Program-made: the position numbers and the translations under genes | In this document: piece by piece, positions 8,462-17,264 of the stretch | Numbering within the stretch: the stretch's first letter is position 1 | How the letters are laid out: the number at the start of each line of letters is the position of its first letter | Source: Patescibacteria group bacterium | GTDB taxonomy: Bacteria; Patescibacteriota; WWE3; JAMCXX01; JBBTUG01 | DNA: 58,058 nucleotides | Direction: 5' to 3' | Assembly: GCA_038063895.1 (NCBI GenBank) | Contig: JBBTUG010000004.1 | Span: 1-58,058 of the forward strand | The notes under the pieces: generated by a model | Told to the model about the DNA's origin: nothing | Database searches by the model: none | Seen by the model: the letters and a program-made list of their open reading frames with translations, nothing else

Positions 8462-9934
8462 TTAATTTTTCTTCCGCAGTTTAATCAGCGAAGAAAACTG
8501 GGTTTCGTCCAGATTAGCCAGAATAAGAATTAAGGCTGCGACCGTGCCGCCGGTTAAAAGTGAAAGCGGTAAATCTTTTTCGGAGGAATAAAGAGCGATA
8601 AGTCCGAGAAAACCGGTGATTACCCAGTAAAAAACCGCCACCCGCCGTTGACTCCAGCCCAAATCCAGCAGCTTGTGGTGGAGATGGCCCCTGTCGCCCC
8701 AGACCGGGGACTGACCGCGCCGGATCCGCCGGACCACCGCGAAAATAGCATCCAGCGTCGGGACGCTGAGGATCAGAATTGTCACGCTTATTTTGGCGAT
8801 CGACAGGATGGCGAGGGCGGCTAACACCAACCCGAAGGCCGTGGCGCCGAAACCGTAAAGCATTTTTGAGGGGTGCCAGGTAAAGGGCAGCGTTCCCAGG
8901 ATAGCTCCGGCGGCAATAAAAGAAAAAATGACGGCATAAAGTTGGTCAGGGTTTCCCAGGATTATTCTTTCACCTAGTATTCCGATGACGATCGCCGTGA
9001 TAAAAACGATTCCGGGAAACTGGCCGTCAACCCCATTGCTCCAGGAAAGCATATTCATTAAGGCCGCCCCCCAAAGAACAGTCAGTAAATCCCCGGGGAG
9101 ATAAAAATGACGTAAGCCGAAGAACTGAAATTTAAGATCAGTCCAGTCGAGAGGGATAATGCCGTCGAGAGGATTGCCGATGTAGGTGATGTGGACCCCC
9201 GCTAAAACGACGATGGTAAAAGCGGCGATTTGGGAGAGAAGCCGAATATAAGGATTTAAATCGTACTTATCATCAATTAGACCAACCACCGTCATCAGGC
9301 CTCCGGCCAACAGGACCCCGTAAAAGGTGCTTGACGGCGGGACAAACAGAAACGTAGTTAAAATTAGAGCCAAAAAAGCCGGTAAGTTACCTGCCCGCGG
9401 AGTCGGCTTTGAAAGCAGCATTCCGGGATGATTGTGCGTTTCCGGATTATCAATCAGTCCCCATTTCTTGGCCAAAGAAAGAGTCGGGAAAGTAAGAAAA
9501 AAGGAAAAAATGAAAGCCAGGATGAGGGGAAAAATGAATCTTTCCTCCAGCAGGGCAGGAACGGTACCGGGAGCGGAGACGAGGCTGACAACCCGGTAAA
9601 GAGAAAAGCCTAACAGCAGCGTGATCATCAGGTTGAGTAGTGTAAAAAGTTGCGCCAGAATCTTTTCCCGCCGGCGGAGGAACATTTCCGTTAGGAGCAG
9701 GTTGGTAAAGAAGGATAATAATAACAGGAGCGGGAGGACCGCCAGGATGGAGCGATCCGCAAGTTGGGCAACTCCCCAAGGCAGGGTGTACCACAACGGG
9801 ACGAGTGGCGGCAGGTATCCGAATTTTAAGATCAGAAAAGCGGTGCCAGCGATAAAAACCGTTCCGGCAATGAGGAATTGCAACGCCAGAAACCTTTCTT
9901 TAAAAATATAGACCTCTTTACTCAGAATCAGCAT
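8462..9934 (-). CDS. Glycosyltransferase family 4 (MraY/WecA-like polyprenyl-phosphate sugar-1-phosphate transferase) with N-terminal membrane extension
   Basis: Motifs are GLIDDKYDLNP and NMLSWSNGVDGQFPG, with a HHKLLDLGW C-terminal region. About 150 extra N-terminal residues form added TM helices. Confidence 0.75.
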   Translation of the reverse strand: MLILSKEVYIFKERFLALQFLIAGTVFIAGTAFLILKFGYLPPLVPLWYTLPWGVAQLADRSILAVLPLLLLLSFFTNLLLTEMFLRRREKILAQLFTLLNLMITLLLGFSLYRVVSLVSAPGTVPALLEERFIFPLILAFIFSFFLTFPTLSLAKKWGLIDNPETHNHPGMLLSKPTPRAGNLPAFLALILTTFLFVPPSSTFYGVLLAGGLMTVVGLIDDKYDLNPYIRLLSQIAAFTIVVLAGVHITYIGNPLDGIIPLDWTDLKFQFFGLRHFYLPGDLLTVLWGAALMNMLSWSNGVDGQFPGIVFITAIVIGILGERIILGNPDQLYAVIFSFIAAGAILGTLPFTWHPSKMLYGFGATAFGLVLAALAILSIAKISVTILILSVPTLDAIFAVVRRIRRGQSPVWGDRGHLHHKLLDLGWSQRRVAVFYWVITGFLGLIALYSSEKDLPLSLLTGGTVAALILILANLDETQFSSLIKLRKKN

Positions 9935-9940
9935 CGTTAT

Positions 9941-11392
9941 TTAAACCTTTTCCGTTATCCGGTAGCCGAGGCGCTTACCCAACAGTAGGTGCAGGTGCGC
10001 ATCCAGACCGGGAAGGGCCCCGAGAAAAAATCCGACCGCCGGCATCAGAATCCACTCCAGCAGTTGGAGAAGCCGGAATGGAGCGGAGGGTTTCTGCTCC
10101 GCCGGCCGTTGGCGGAAATCGACATAAATCATTACCAGTAGGAACATCAGACAGAGCGTTAAAATTAGGGAGGAAATTTTCGGTAGCTGCTGACCGAGAA
10201 TTGTTTGGGAAAAGCGGGGGTTAAGAATCAGGGGCAGATTGGCGCCGAGGGTAATAATGATCCAGTTAACCGGCCAAAAAAGATGATCAAGGACCACTTT
10301 CGACACCCTAATGGTTTTATCCCAAAAAGGAATTTCCGGGCTCTTTAGCCACCAGTTAATAATCAGCGGATCGTCGGAAACGCCCCAAGCCCAGCGTTGC
10401 TGTTGCAGGTACTGATTTTTTATGGTTTTAAACAGTCCGGTGGATTCGGCGGCGTCCAGGCTGACGGGCAAAAAGAGCGGTTCGACTTCCACCGTTCCGG
10501 CGAGTTTAAAGTAGCACTTAAAAAAGATCCGGTAATCTTCGGGAATGACATCCGTGTCCCAAAAGCCGACTTCCTTAAGCATTCTTAGGCTTAAAGAATA
10601 AGTGGAGATATTGACGAGGCGGTCGCGGCGGGAAAGCTGGGCGATTTGCCAGACGCTGTTGACGATGGCAACAATCCTGGCGGGGGAGGGAATGCGGGCG
10701 ATATTGTTGTAGAAAACCAACGCTCCCTGCCAAAAACGGCGGTAGCGGTTGGGGTTGGTCAAGAAAGCGTAGGTCAGATAAGAAAAGTACTGAGGGTGGA
10801 GAACGGCGTCGCAATCGGCGGTAGTCACGGTGACGAAGTCAATGTCAATTCCCAGTTGGCGGATTTTCTCATCGGCCCAGACGCCGGCGTAGGCCTCATT
10901 GCTCGATTTGCCGATCACCTCACCGGGTTTTAACACATGCCGGGTGTAAAAGAGATTCGGCAGGGTAGCGCTGAATTCTTTTTGCAGCGACTCAGCTTTT
11001 TCGCCGGCCCCTGCTTCCCGTTCTTCCATCGCCAGCACCACCAATAACCGTTCTTTCGGGAAGTTTTGCGCAGACAGCGAAGCGAGAGTCCGGCGGAGAA
11101 TGGAAACCGGCTCATTAGCGTTGGGAATAATCACGAGGTGGTGAACTTTTTCAAAGTCCGCCGCCATTTTAGCTTTCGTCAGCCAGTCAATCTTTTTGCT
11201 TTTTTCAATCTGCCGGTGGGAGTTAAACGCGGCCGCGGCGGAAGCCGCTGATTTGTAAAACCAAAGGATATCGAAAGCAAGGATAAGATAAGCCACGAGA
11301 TCGGGTATGATTAAGCTGCCCCAAAAAGGAAATAGGATAAAATTTATGGAGAGCAGACCGATAGCGACCTCCAGAAGCCTAATTAAGGACAT
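9941..11392 (-). CDS. Membrane glycosyltransferase family 2 (processive, cellulose/chitin-synthase-like)
   Basis: GT2 signatures are present: VIIPNANEP, TADCDAV, a DTDVIPEDYR-type acidic motif, and QQQRWAWG (QxxRW). Flanking TM helices. Confidence 0.7.
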   Translation of the reverse strand: MSLIRLLEVAIGLLSINFILFPFWGSLIIPDLVAYLILAFDILWFYKSAASAAAAFNSHRQIEKSKKIDWLTKAKMAADFEKVHHLVIIPNANEPVSILRRTLASLSAQNFPKERLLVVLAMEEREAGAGEKAESLQKEFSATLPNLFYTRHVLKPGEVIGKSSNEAYAGVWADEKIRQLGIDIDFVTVTTADCDAVLHPQYFSYLTYAFLTNPNRYRRFWQGALVFYNNIARIPSPARIVAIVNSVWQIAQLSRRDRLVNISTYSLSLRMLKEVGFWDTDVIPEDYRIFFKCYFKLAGTVEVEPLFLPVSLDAAESTGLFKTIKNQYLQQQRWAWGVSDDPLIINWWLKSPEIPFWDKTIRVSKVVLDHLFWPVNWIIITLGANLPLILNPRFSQTILGQQLPKISSLILTLCLMFLLVMIYVDFRQRPAEQKPSAPFRLLQLLEWILMPAVGFFLGALPGLDAHLHLLLGKRLGYRITEKV

Positions 11393-12946
11393 GTGGCTGC
11401 TATTTTAGCACTTTTTGGCCGATGTTTCTTGACGGGACCTGTCCTCTTTGGGAAACTAAAACTGGTGATAAAAAAACTGTCTTTCCTGAGTCCCACTTTC
11501 TTTTTATTATTGTCTGCCGTCCTTGCCGTTATTCTCCGTCTGCCCAGCCTTTTTGATCCCTACTGGTATGTTGACGAGGGGGTTTACTTAACGGGAGGAC
11601 AGATAATCCGCAAAGGATTAACTCTTTACCGCGACTTTTACGATAATAAGCCGCCATTAATCTACTTCGCCGCGGCGCTGGCCCCGGATCAGTTTTGGTG
11701 GCGCCTGTTGGGAATTGTTTTAGCTCTTTGCGCAGTTTACCTTTTTTACCGGTTGGCCAAACTTCTTTTAAAAAATTCCCGGGCCGTTTCCGTGGCCACG
11801 GTTCTTTTTTCGCTCCTTTGGAACCTGCCTTATCTTGAGGGGCATACGGTTAACGCCGAACACTTCTTTGTTCCCCTCGGTTTCCTGGCCCTGCTGTTCG
11901 CCCTTAAGAAAACTGGTCATCTTTCTCGTGATCTGATCTTTTCCGGGATTCTGTTCAGTTTGGGCTTTTTGTTTAAATTTCACTCCTTCTTTGATCTTCT
12001 CAGTCTGGCTTATTTCTGGCTGTTGCTGCGGGAACCTAAGCTTTCCTTCTCCTATCTTTTTACCACTGTAAAAAACCTCCTGCTGATCGGATTGGGGTTT
12101 GCCGTTCCCCTGATTTTGAGTGTGGTTTATTTTTTCTTTCGGGGGGAGCTGGCCGGGTATTGGAAAGCGGCCTTTGCGGGTAACTTCGATTACGCCGTCC
12201 GCTGGCGCCCGATACTACCCTCTTTTCTTATGGCTCTGGGGGCTGAGACAATGAAGGGGCGGTTACTTATCCTCGCAATTATTTTAGTTGGGCTTTTCTT
12301 CCTGCGGAAAAAATTCAGTCCGTCAGCGTTGTTTATTTCCGTCTGGCTCTTATTTAATTTATTCGGAACGCTTCTTTCGGGGCGCGAGTATCCGCACTAT
12401 CTTTTGACCTCCGTGCCGCCAACGGTCCTTCTTCTCAGCCTGCTTTTTTTTGGCTTGTGGCGGGAGCGGGGACTGGCCCTGAGTTTTATTGGGTTAGTGA
12501 TTGGGTCCATTTTGGCCTTCCATTTTTATTTCTATCCGTCATTGTCGTACTACTCTAATTTTATTTCCCTGGTCCGCGGACAAGAAAGCCGGTTCACTTA
12601 CGCCCAAAATAATTTCGGCTGGACGACCGGGCGCAATCTTCAGATTGCCGATTATATAAAACAGCGGACCGTAAAAACTGACCGGATCTTTATTCTGTCC
12701 GATCAGCCGCACCTCTACGCTTTGACGGACCGGATCCCAGGCGTGCCTTATCTTTTTATTTTTCAGATGAACGACTTGCACCGGGAGGAAGTAGCGATGA
12801 AAACTCTGCAAGAAAACCCACCGAAAATGATTGTGACTTTTGCGGACGAGCCCCGAACCTTGCCGGGCTTTACTGATTTGCTTGCCAGCCGTTACCAGCT
12901 TTCCACCTCAATTAACGACGCCATCGTTTATGAGTTGACGGACTGA
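11393..12946 (+). CDS. GT-C fold glycosyltransferase (GT39 / ArnT / PMT-like)
   Basis: Polytopic membrane protein with the first-loop motif YWYVDEGVYL..YDNKPPLIY, typical of ArnT/PMT_2 enzymes. The start is uncertain: the ORF abuts the divergent GT2 start with zero spacer, and GTG at 11465 is an alternative. Confidence 0.6.
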   Translation: MAAILALFGRCFLTGPVLFGKLKLVIKKLSFLSPTFFLLLSAVLAVILRLPSLFDPYWYVDEGVYLTGGQIIRKGLTLYRDFYDNKPPLIYFAAALAPDQFWWRLLGIVLALCAVYLFYRLAKLLLKNSRAVSVATVLFSLLWNLPYLEGHTVNAEHFFVPLGFLALLFALKKTGHLSRDLIFSGILFSLGFLFKFHSFFDLLSLAYFWLLLREPKLSFSYLFTTVKNLLLIGLGFAVPLILSVVYFFFRGELAGYWKAAFAGNFDYAVRWRPILPSFLMALGAETMKGRLLILAIILVGLFFLRKKFSPSALFISVWLLFNLFGTLLSGREYPHYLLTSVPPTVLLLSLLFFGLWRERGLALSFIGLVIGSILAFHFYFYPSLSYYSNFISLVRGQESRFTYAQNNFGWTTGRNLQIADYIKQRTVKTDRIFILSDQPHLYALTDRIPGVPYLFIFQMNDLHREEVAMKTLQENPPKMIVTFADEPRTLPGFTDLLASRYQLSTSINDAIVYELTD

Positions 12947-12954
12947 ATTATTTT

Positions 12955-12983
12955 CGGCGGGGGAAGAGTTTGAGGGAGGTGTC
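12955..12983. repeat. Left direct repeat flanking the TA cassette (relic metG 3' end)
   Basis: cggcgggggaagagtttgagggaggtgtc matches 13572-13600 at 26/29 positions. On the minus strand it reads DTSLKLFPRRK-stop. Confidence 0.8.
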
Positions 12984-12989
12984 CGCTGT

Positions 12990-13244
12990 CTACTGATAAA
13001 CCTCCCGGCGGTGGCCGATCTTAAGAATAACAACCCTTTTTTTGGCCTTATCCAAATCAAAAATTATCCGGTAGTTGCCGAAGCGATAGCGATATTCACC
13101 CAGGTCAGAAGAGGCAAGTTTTTTACTTAATCCTAGCGGGTTGGTTTGTAATTTTTCTAAGGCCTTTCTAAGTTTCTTTTGGACTACGTGGTCGAGCTTT
13201 TTAATATCCCTTACAGCGTGGGGAGTGTAAACGAGTTCCAGCAT
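12990..13244 (-). CDS. relE: Type II toxin, RelE/ParE superfamily
   Basis: 84 aa, basic, with a ..YRYRFGNYRIIFDLD..VVILKIGHRREVY pattern typical of RelE/StbE toxins. It overlaps the upstream antitoxin gene by 1 nt. Confidence 0.8.
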   Translation of the reverse strand: MLELVYTPHAVRDIKKLDHVVQKKLRKALEKLQTNPLGLSKKLASSDLGEYRYRFGNYRIIFDLDKAKKRVVILKIGHRREVYQ

Positions 13245-13501
13245 TAAACTTCTCCGAAGAGTTTCTTGTGCGTCAGGAAGTTCCCATCTTTGTACTCCCG
13301 TCGCGCCTCCCTGATGTCTTTCAAATAACTGGAGGAGGTCTTGGCCAGCATATCTTCGAAGGTATCAATATTCACCAGCGCGGAAACGGGCTTTCCCTTC
13401 CGGGTTACGACCATAAATCCCTTCTCCTCGGAAAGGGTGTCGATGATTTGGGAGAGGTTCTCCCGGAGTGTCGCAGTTTGGATAACGGTGGGATTAGACA
13501 T
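13244..13501 (-). CDS. Type II antitoxin, Phd/YefM family
   Basis: The TVIQTATLRENLSQIIDTL..VVTRKGKPVSALVNIDTFEDM pattern matches Phd/YefM. I chose the internal Met (MSNPT..) as the start; the longer ORF extends to 13549. Confidence 0.75.
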   Translation of the reverse strand: MSNPTVIQTATLRENLSQIIDTLSEEKGFMVVTRKGKPVSALVNIDTFEDMLAKTSSSYLKDIREARREYKDGNFLTHKKLFGEV

Positions 13502-13561
13502 TACTCCTAAAGTGTACATAACTAGAGTACAGCTGTCAAGTACTGCCATCGATGGCCCTGT

Positions 13562-15079
13562 TCAAGGGGATCGCCGGGGGAAGAGTTTGAGAGAGGTATC
13601 TAGAGCAGTCCCGCTTTTTAAATTCGTCCAACTGTTTTTATCCAACGGCCGGTCCACCGATAAGGCTTCAACTTTTAACGCGGCCGCGATCCGGCGGGAA
13701 GTCTCGGGCAGAAATGGATAGATTAGCCAGGCCAGTTGGTGGACGCCATCCAATAATCCGAAAATCAGATAATCAACTTCCTCTTTTTTTCCTTCTTTAA
13801 TCATTTGCCACGGTTTGTTCTCTCCAATGTAATTGTCCGCAGCGCGGATATAATTCCAGATTGTTTCCAAAGCCTGGGCGGTGTTGAACTTATCCAAGGC
13901 GGTGTTGCGGTCCTGTCCTGCTTGTTTCCAGGTGTACGATACCGGACCAATCCGCAGCGGATGTTGGTCCTGGTTCTTGGTAATCGCCGGAACTTGGCCG
14001 CCTGTATATTTTTCCGCCAATCCTAAAACTCGGGCCACGTGGTTGCCCAGGCCGTTAACCAGTTCGCTGTTATAAACCTCCTCAAGTTTATTTAGCGCCA
14101 AATCCGTATCGTCAACCAGCGGCCCGTAGCGGAGAAGATAATAACGGATAACGTCAACGCCGTATTTTTCGGTGAGCTCCGTGGGGCGGATAACATTGCC
14201 GCGGCTTTTACTGATTTTTTCACCGTTGAGGCTGAGAAAACCGTGACCGTAAACTGTTTTCGGCAGGGGATAGCCGGCCGACTTCAGCATCGCGGGCCAC
14301 AAGAGGGAATGCCAGCGGACGTTGTCTTTGCCGACGAGGTGTAAATCCGCCGGCCAGAAACCAACTGGAGCGCCGGTTAGGTAATTGATCAAAGCGTCGA
14401 ACCAAACGTAGATGACCTGGCCAGGATCGTCGGGGACGGGAATACCCCATTTTAAGTTGGCCCGGGAAACGGGAATGTCCTCTAGTCCCGACCCGATGAA
14501 GGCCATCATTTCCGTCCGGCGGGCTTCAGGCTGAATAAATTCGGGGTGTTCATTAATGTAATCTTTCAGGAAGTTGGCGTACTTGCTCCAGCGGAAAAAG
14601 TAATTTTTCTCGAGAATTGTTTTCAGTTCCCGGGTCGGGTGCAATAAACATTTGCCGCTCGTTAGCTCCCGGACCGTTTTGTAGGATTCGCAGCCGACAC
14701 AATAGAGGCCTTTGTATTCCCCGAAATAAATATCCCCAAGGTCTTTAGCCTTTCGCCAAAAGTCACTGACCATTTGTGCGTGGTCGGGGTCGGTGGTATG
14801 GATAAAGCGGTCGTAAGAAATATTTAAAGCGTCGAGCTGTTTTTGATCTGCAGCGGAAATATCGTCCACAAATGATTTAGGATCTTTCCCGGCTACTCCG
14901 GCCGCCAAAGCGCTGGTTTCGCCGTACTCGTCCGTGCCGGTTAAGAAATAAACCCTTTCACCGAGGGCTCGGTGGTAGCGGGCGAGCGTGTCCGCCAATA
15001 TTTTTTGGTAGGCATGGCCGATGTGGATGACATCATTGGTGTAATCAATAGCAGTCGTGACGTAGAATTTTTTGCCCAT
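13562..15079 (-). CDS. metG: Methionine--tRNA ligase
   Basis: HIGH motif (VIHIGHAY), KMSKS motif (KISKSRGNV), and a Cys knuckle (CVGCESYK..GKCLLH). Full-length class I aaRS architecture without the C-terminal Trbp111 domain. Confidence 0.95.
   Translation of the reverse strand: MGKKFYVTTAIDYTNDVIHIGHAYQKILADTLARYHRALGERVYFLTGTDEYGETSALAAGVAGKDPKSFVDDISAADQKQLDALNISYDRFIHTTDPDHAQMVSDFWRKAKDLGDIYFGEYKGLYCVGCESYKTVRELTSGKCLLHPTRELKTILEKNYFFRWSKYANFLKDYINEHPEFIQPEARRTEMMAFIGSGLEDIPVSRANLKWGIPVPDDPGQVIYVWFDALINYLTGAPVGFWPADLHLVGKDNVRWHSLLWPAMLKSAGYPLPKTVYGHGFLSLNGEKISKSRGNVIRPTELTEKYGVDVIRYYLLRYGPLVDDTDLALNKLEEVYNSELVNGLGNHVARVLGLAEKYTGGQVPAITKNQDQHPLRIGPVSYTWKQAGQDRNTALDKFNTAQALETIWNYIRAADNYIGENKPWQMIKEGKKEEVDYLIFGLLDGVHQLAWLIYPFLPETSRRIAAALKVEALSVDRPLDKNSWTNLKSGTALDTSLKLFPRRSP
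13572..13600. repeat. Right direct repeat flanking the TA cassette (functional metG 3' end)
   Basis: cgccgggggaagagtttgagagaggtatc. On the minus strand it encodes the MetRS C-terminus DTSLKLFPRRSP-stop. Confidence 0.8.
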
Positions 15080-15121
15080 AAAGATATTTTACACAATTAA
15101 GGGAACAATGTACTATGAACG

Positions 15122-15475
15122 TTGATGCGCTATAAAATTCTAGGGTTTATTAACCTAGCGCTTGGTCTGCTTCAAAGCGGGTTGCTTTTAGTCTACTATT
15201 TTATTGTAGTTCCAAAATTGATGAGGGTGTACCAAGATTTTGGTACGAGAACACCGCCGGATCTGAACCTCACCTATCGCCTGTTGCTAATTATATTGCT
15301 ACTGGGTTTGGTTAATCTGTTGTGTGCCCTCGCAACCCTCTTTTTCCCACGTAAGCTAACCTTTTGGTTAGGGGTCACAGTAGCGGGGATTTCTCTCCTA
15401 GTTTTTGGCTCTTACTTGGGGCTGGTCACATTCTCCGTCCTTCTTCCAATTTACAGTCTCACTTCTAAATTTTAA
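15122..15475 (+). CDS. Small integral membrane protein (hypothetical)
   Basis: 117 aa with 3 hydrophobic helices. No family recognised. Confidence 0.35.
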   Translation: MMRYKILGFINLALGLLQSGLLLVYYFIVVPKLMRVYQDFGTRTPPDLNLTYRLLLIILLLGLVNLLCALATLFFPRKLTFWLGVTVAGISLLVFGSYLGLVTFSVLLPIYSLTSKF

Positions 15476-15546
15476 AGATAATCACATTCAACTCGGTTAT
15501 CAGTGCACATTTTAGCTGTAGCACTTGATCTCCCCCCATGAATAAA

Positions 15547-15598
15547 TGTCAACAAAATATGTACGATCGTACATCAAAAGTTGACAACGCTTTTTATT
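15547..15598. terminator. Compound palindrome, probable bidirectional terminator between convergent genes
   Basis: Outer arms TGTCAAC (15547-15553) / GTTGACA (15580-15586) enclose a perfect 16-bp palindrome ATGTACGATCGTACAT (15559-15574). It is followed by acgctttttatt, and a T-rich tract is also present on the other strand. Confidence 0.5.
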
Positions 15599-15652
15599 CG
15601 GCGGTAATCAGTGTAATAAAGGGTAAATTCGCTGACTGACGGTAGATAATAT

Positions 15653-16039
15653 TTAGTGTTTCTGCATGAAATAGACTTCGGCGAAGAAAGCGGCCAGGAT
15701 CAGCAGGAAAAAGTTAAGAGCGGAAAAGGCTCCCAGGACTTTTAAACTGGCCGTGACAGTTACCACTCCGGAAAGGATTCCGCCCCGGCGGAAACAATGA
15801 CTGAGGACGGATCCGGCATTGACATAACTGTGGTGGACTTGGGCCTGATGGTAAGCCAGCTTATAAAGCACCATTGTAATAACGGCGGCGAGGGCGAAAT
15901 AAAAAGAAGCGAGAAAGAAAATATTGTGGACGATTTTATCGGGGGGTAAATGGGTTAGGGTATAAATCCAAACGCCCCAACCAAGTAGGGCAGCGACGGC
16001 AACAGTGGTGATGAATTGTGAATTATGATTCGGTCTCAT
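15653..16039 (-). CDS. Integral membrane protein (hypothetical)
   Basis: 128 aa with 4 hydrophobic helices. Confidence 0.35.
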   Translation of the reverse strand: MRPNHNSQFITTVAVAALLGWGVWIYTLTHLPPDKIVHNIFFLASFYFALAAVITMVLYKLAYHQAQVHHSYVNAGSVLSHCFRRGGILSGVVTVTASLKVLGAFSALNFFLLILAAFFAEVYFMQKH

Positions 16040-16085
16040 TAAGATAGCGGAAACGGCCCGTGTCTAGTATTATAGAAAAGAGACG

Positions 16086-17252
16086 ATGTCTTTACAAACC
16101 CTTGCCCTCATCCTTATTGTCCCCGCCGTTTTCGGTCTATTCTTTTACCTTCTCAGCCAGATGCTGAATAAACTGTCCGCGTCCCAAAGAATGGATTTCG
16201 AGAAACTTAAAACCGATCTTGACCTGCAGCGGGACAGTTTACGCGAGGCAACGCAGCACCAAAAGTTTCTTCTGGATTCCTTAAATACAATGCGTGGCTC
16301 TTTAGACAAAAACCTTCTGGGGGTCCAGGATCAGCTGCAAAAAGGCAACCTGTCGCTGGGCCAGAGGCTGGACAACGCGGCCCGGGTGGTACAGGAAGTC
16401 AGTAAAGGTTTAGGTGGTTTGAGTGAGGCCACGAAAAGAATTCTGGACGTCGGAAAAGATATTTCGGGCCTGCAGGAAATTCTCCGTTCCCCGAAACTTA
16501 GGGGCGGCTTGGGGGAGCTTTTTCTCGGCGACCTCCTCGGCCAGATCTTTCCACCCGCCCACTTCAGCTTACAACACCGCTTCAAAAGCGGCGAAACCGT
16601 TGATGCCGTTATTAAGCTGGGAAAAAATCTGGTCCCCGTGGACGCGAAATTTCCATTGGAAAATTTTAAGCGGCTGGTTGGAGAGACGCCGACGGAGGAG
16701 GAACGAACCGTCAATAAGAAAAAATTTATTGCCGACGTGAAAAAGCATATTGATGCGATCGCGGACAAGTATATCCTGCCGGATGAGGGCACTTTCGATT
16801 TTGCCTTAATGTATATTCCGGCCGAAAACGTTTATTACGAAATTATTATTAAAGACGAGGCGATTGATACGGACAAAGGCTTACTGAATTATGCCTTTAC
16901 TAAGCGGGTTATTCCCGTGTCGCCCAACAGTTTTTACGCTTACCTGCAAACTATTCTCTTGGGACTTAAGGGCATCCATATCGAAGCCCGGGCGCAGGAA
17001 ATCCTACAAAGTTTAGGCCGCCTTTCCGGGGACTTCCACCGTTTCCAGGATGAGTTTGAAATTGTCGGCAAGCATTTAAATAATACGAAAACTAAGTACG
17101 AAGAGGCGGATAAACGGCTGGCGAAATTTACCGACCGGCTTCAATTGCTAACCGGAACCGCGAACCTTCCCAACGAAGAGGAAGAACGGGAAAAGCTTGA
17201 AGCAAAAATAATTGAAGAAGCTCCTCCGTCAGGAAGACTGCCCCTGGATTAA
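16086..17252 (+). CDS. rmuC: DNA recombination protein RmuC
   Basis: N-terminal TM helix plus coiled coil, then the RmuC core: LRSPKLRGGLGELFLGDLL..VDAVIKL..VPVDAKFPLENF..MYIPAENVYYE. Confidence 0.85.
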   Translation: MSLQTLALILIVPAVFGLFFYLLSQMLNKLSASQRMDFEKLKTDLDLQRDSLREATQHQKFLLDSLNTMRGSLDKNLLGVQDQLQKGNLSLGQRLDNAARVVQEVSKGLGGLSEATKRILDVGKDISGLQEILRSPKLRGGLGELFLGDLLGQIFPPAHFSLQHRFKSGETVDAVIKLGKNLVPVDAKFPLENFKRLVGETPTEEERTVNKKKFIADVKKHIDAIADKYILPDEGTFDFALMYIPAENVYYEIIIKDEAIDTDKGLLNYAFTKRVIPVSPNSFYAYLQTILLGLKGIHIEARAQEILQSLGRLSGDFHRFQDEFEIVGKHLNNTKTKYEEADKRLAKFTDRLQLLTGTANLPNEEEEREKLEAKIIEEAPPSGRLPLD

Positions 17253-17264
17253 TTACTAATTGTC

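Noticed and set aside
9450-9794. Long alternative-frame and antisense ORFs inside confirmed genes. Examples are 9450-9794, 16331-16792, 24515-24820, 25409-25759, 25959-26357, 27346-27648, 33018-33434, 38603-38935 and 48893-49207.
   Set aside because: They overlap genes with strong family signatures. They are rich in Arg/Pro/Gly/Ser, as expected for out-of-frame translation of GC-rich coding DNA, and they have no start signals.
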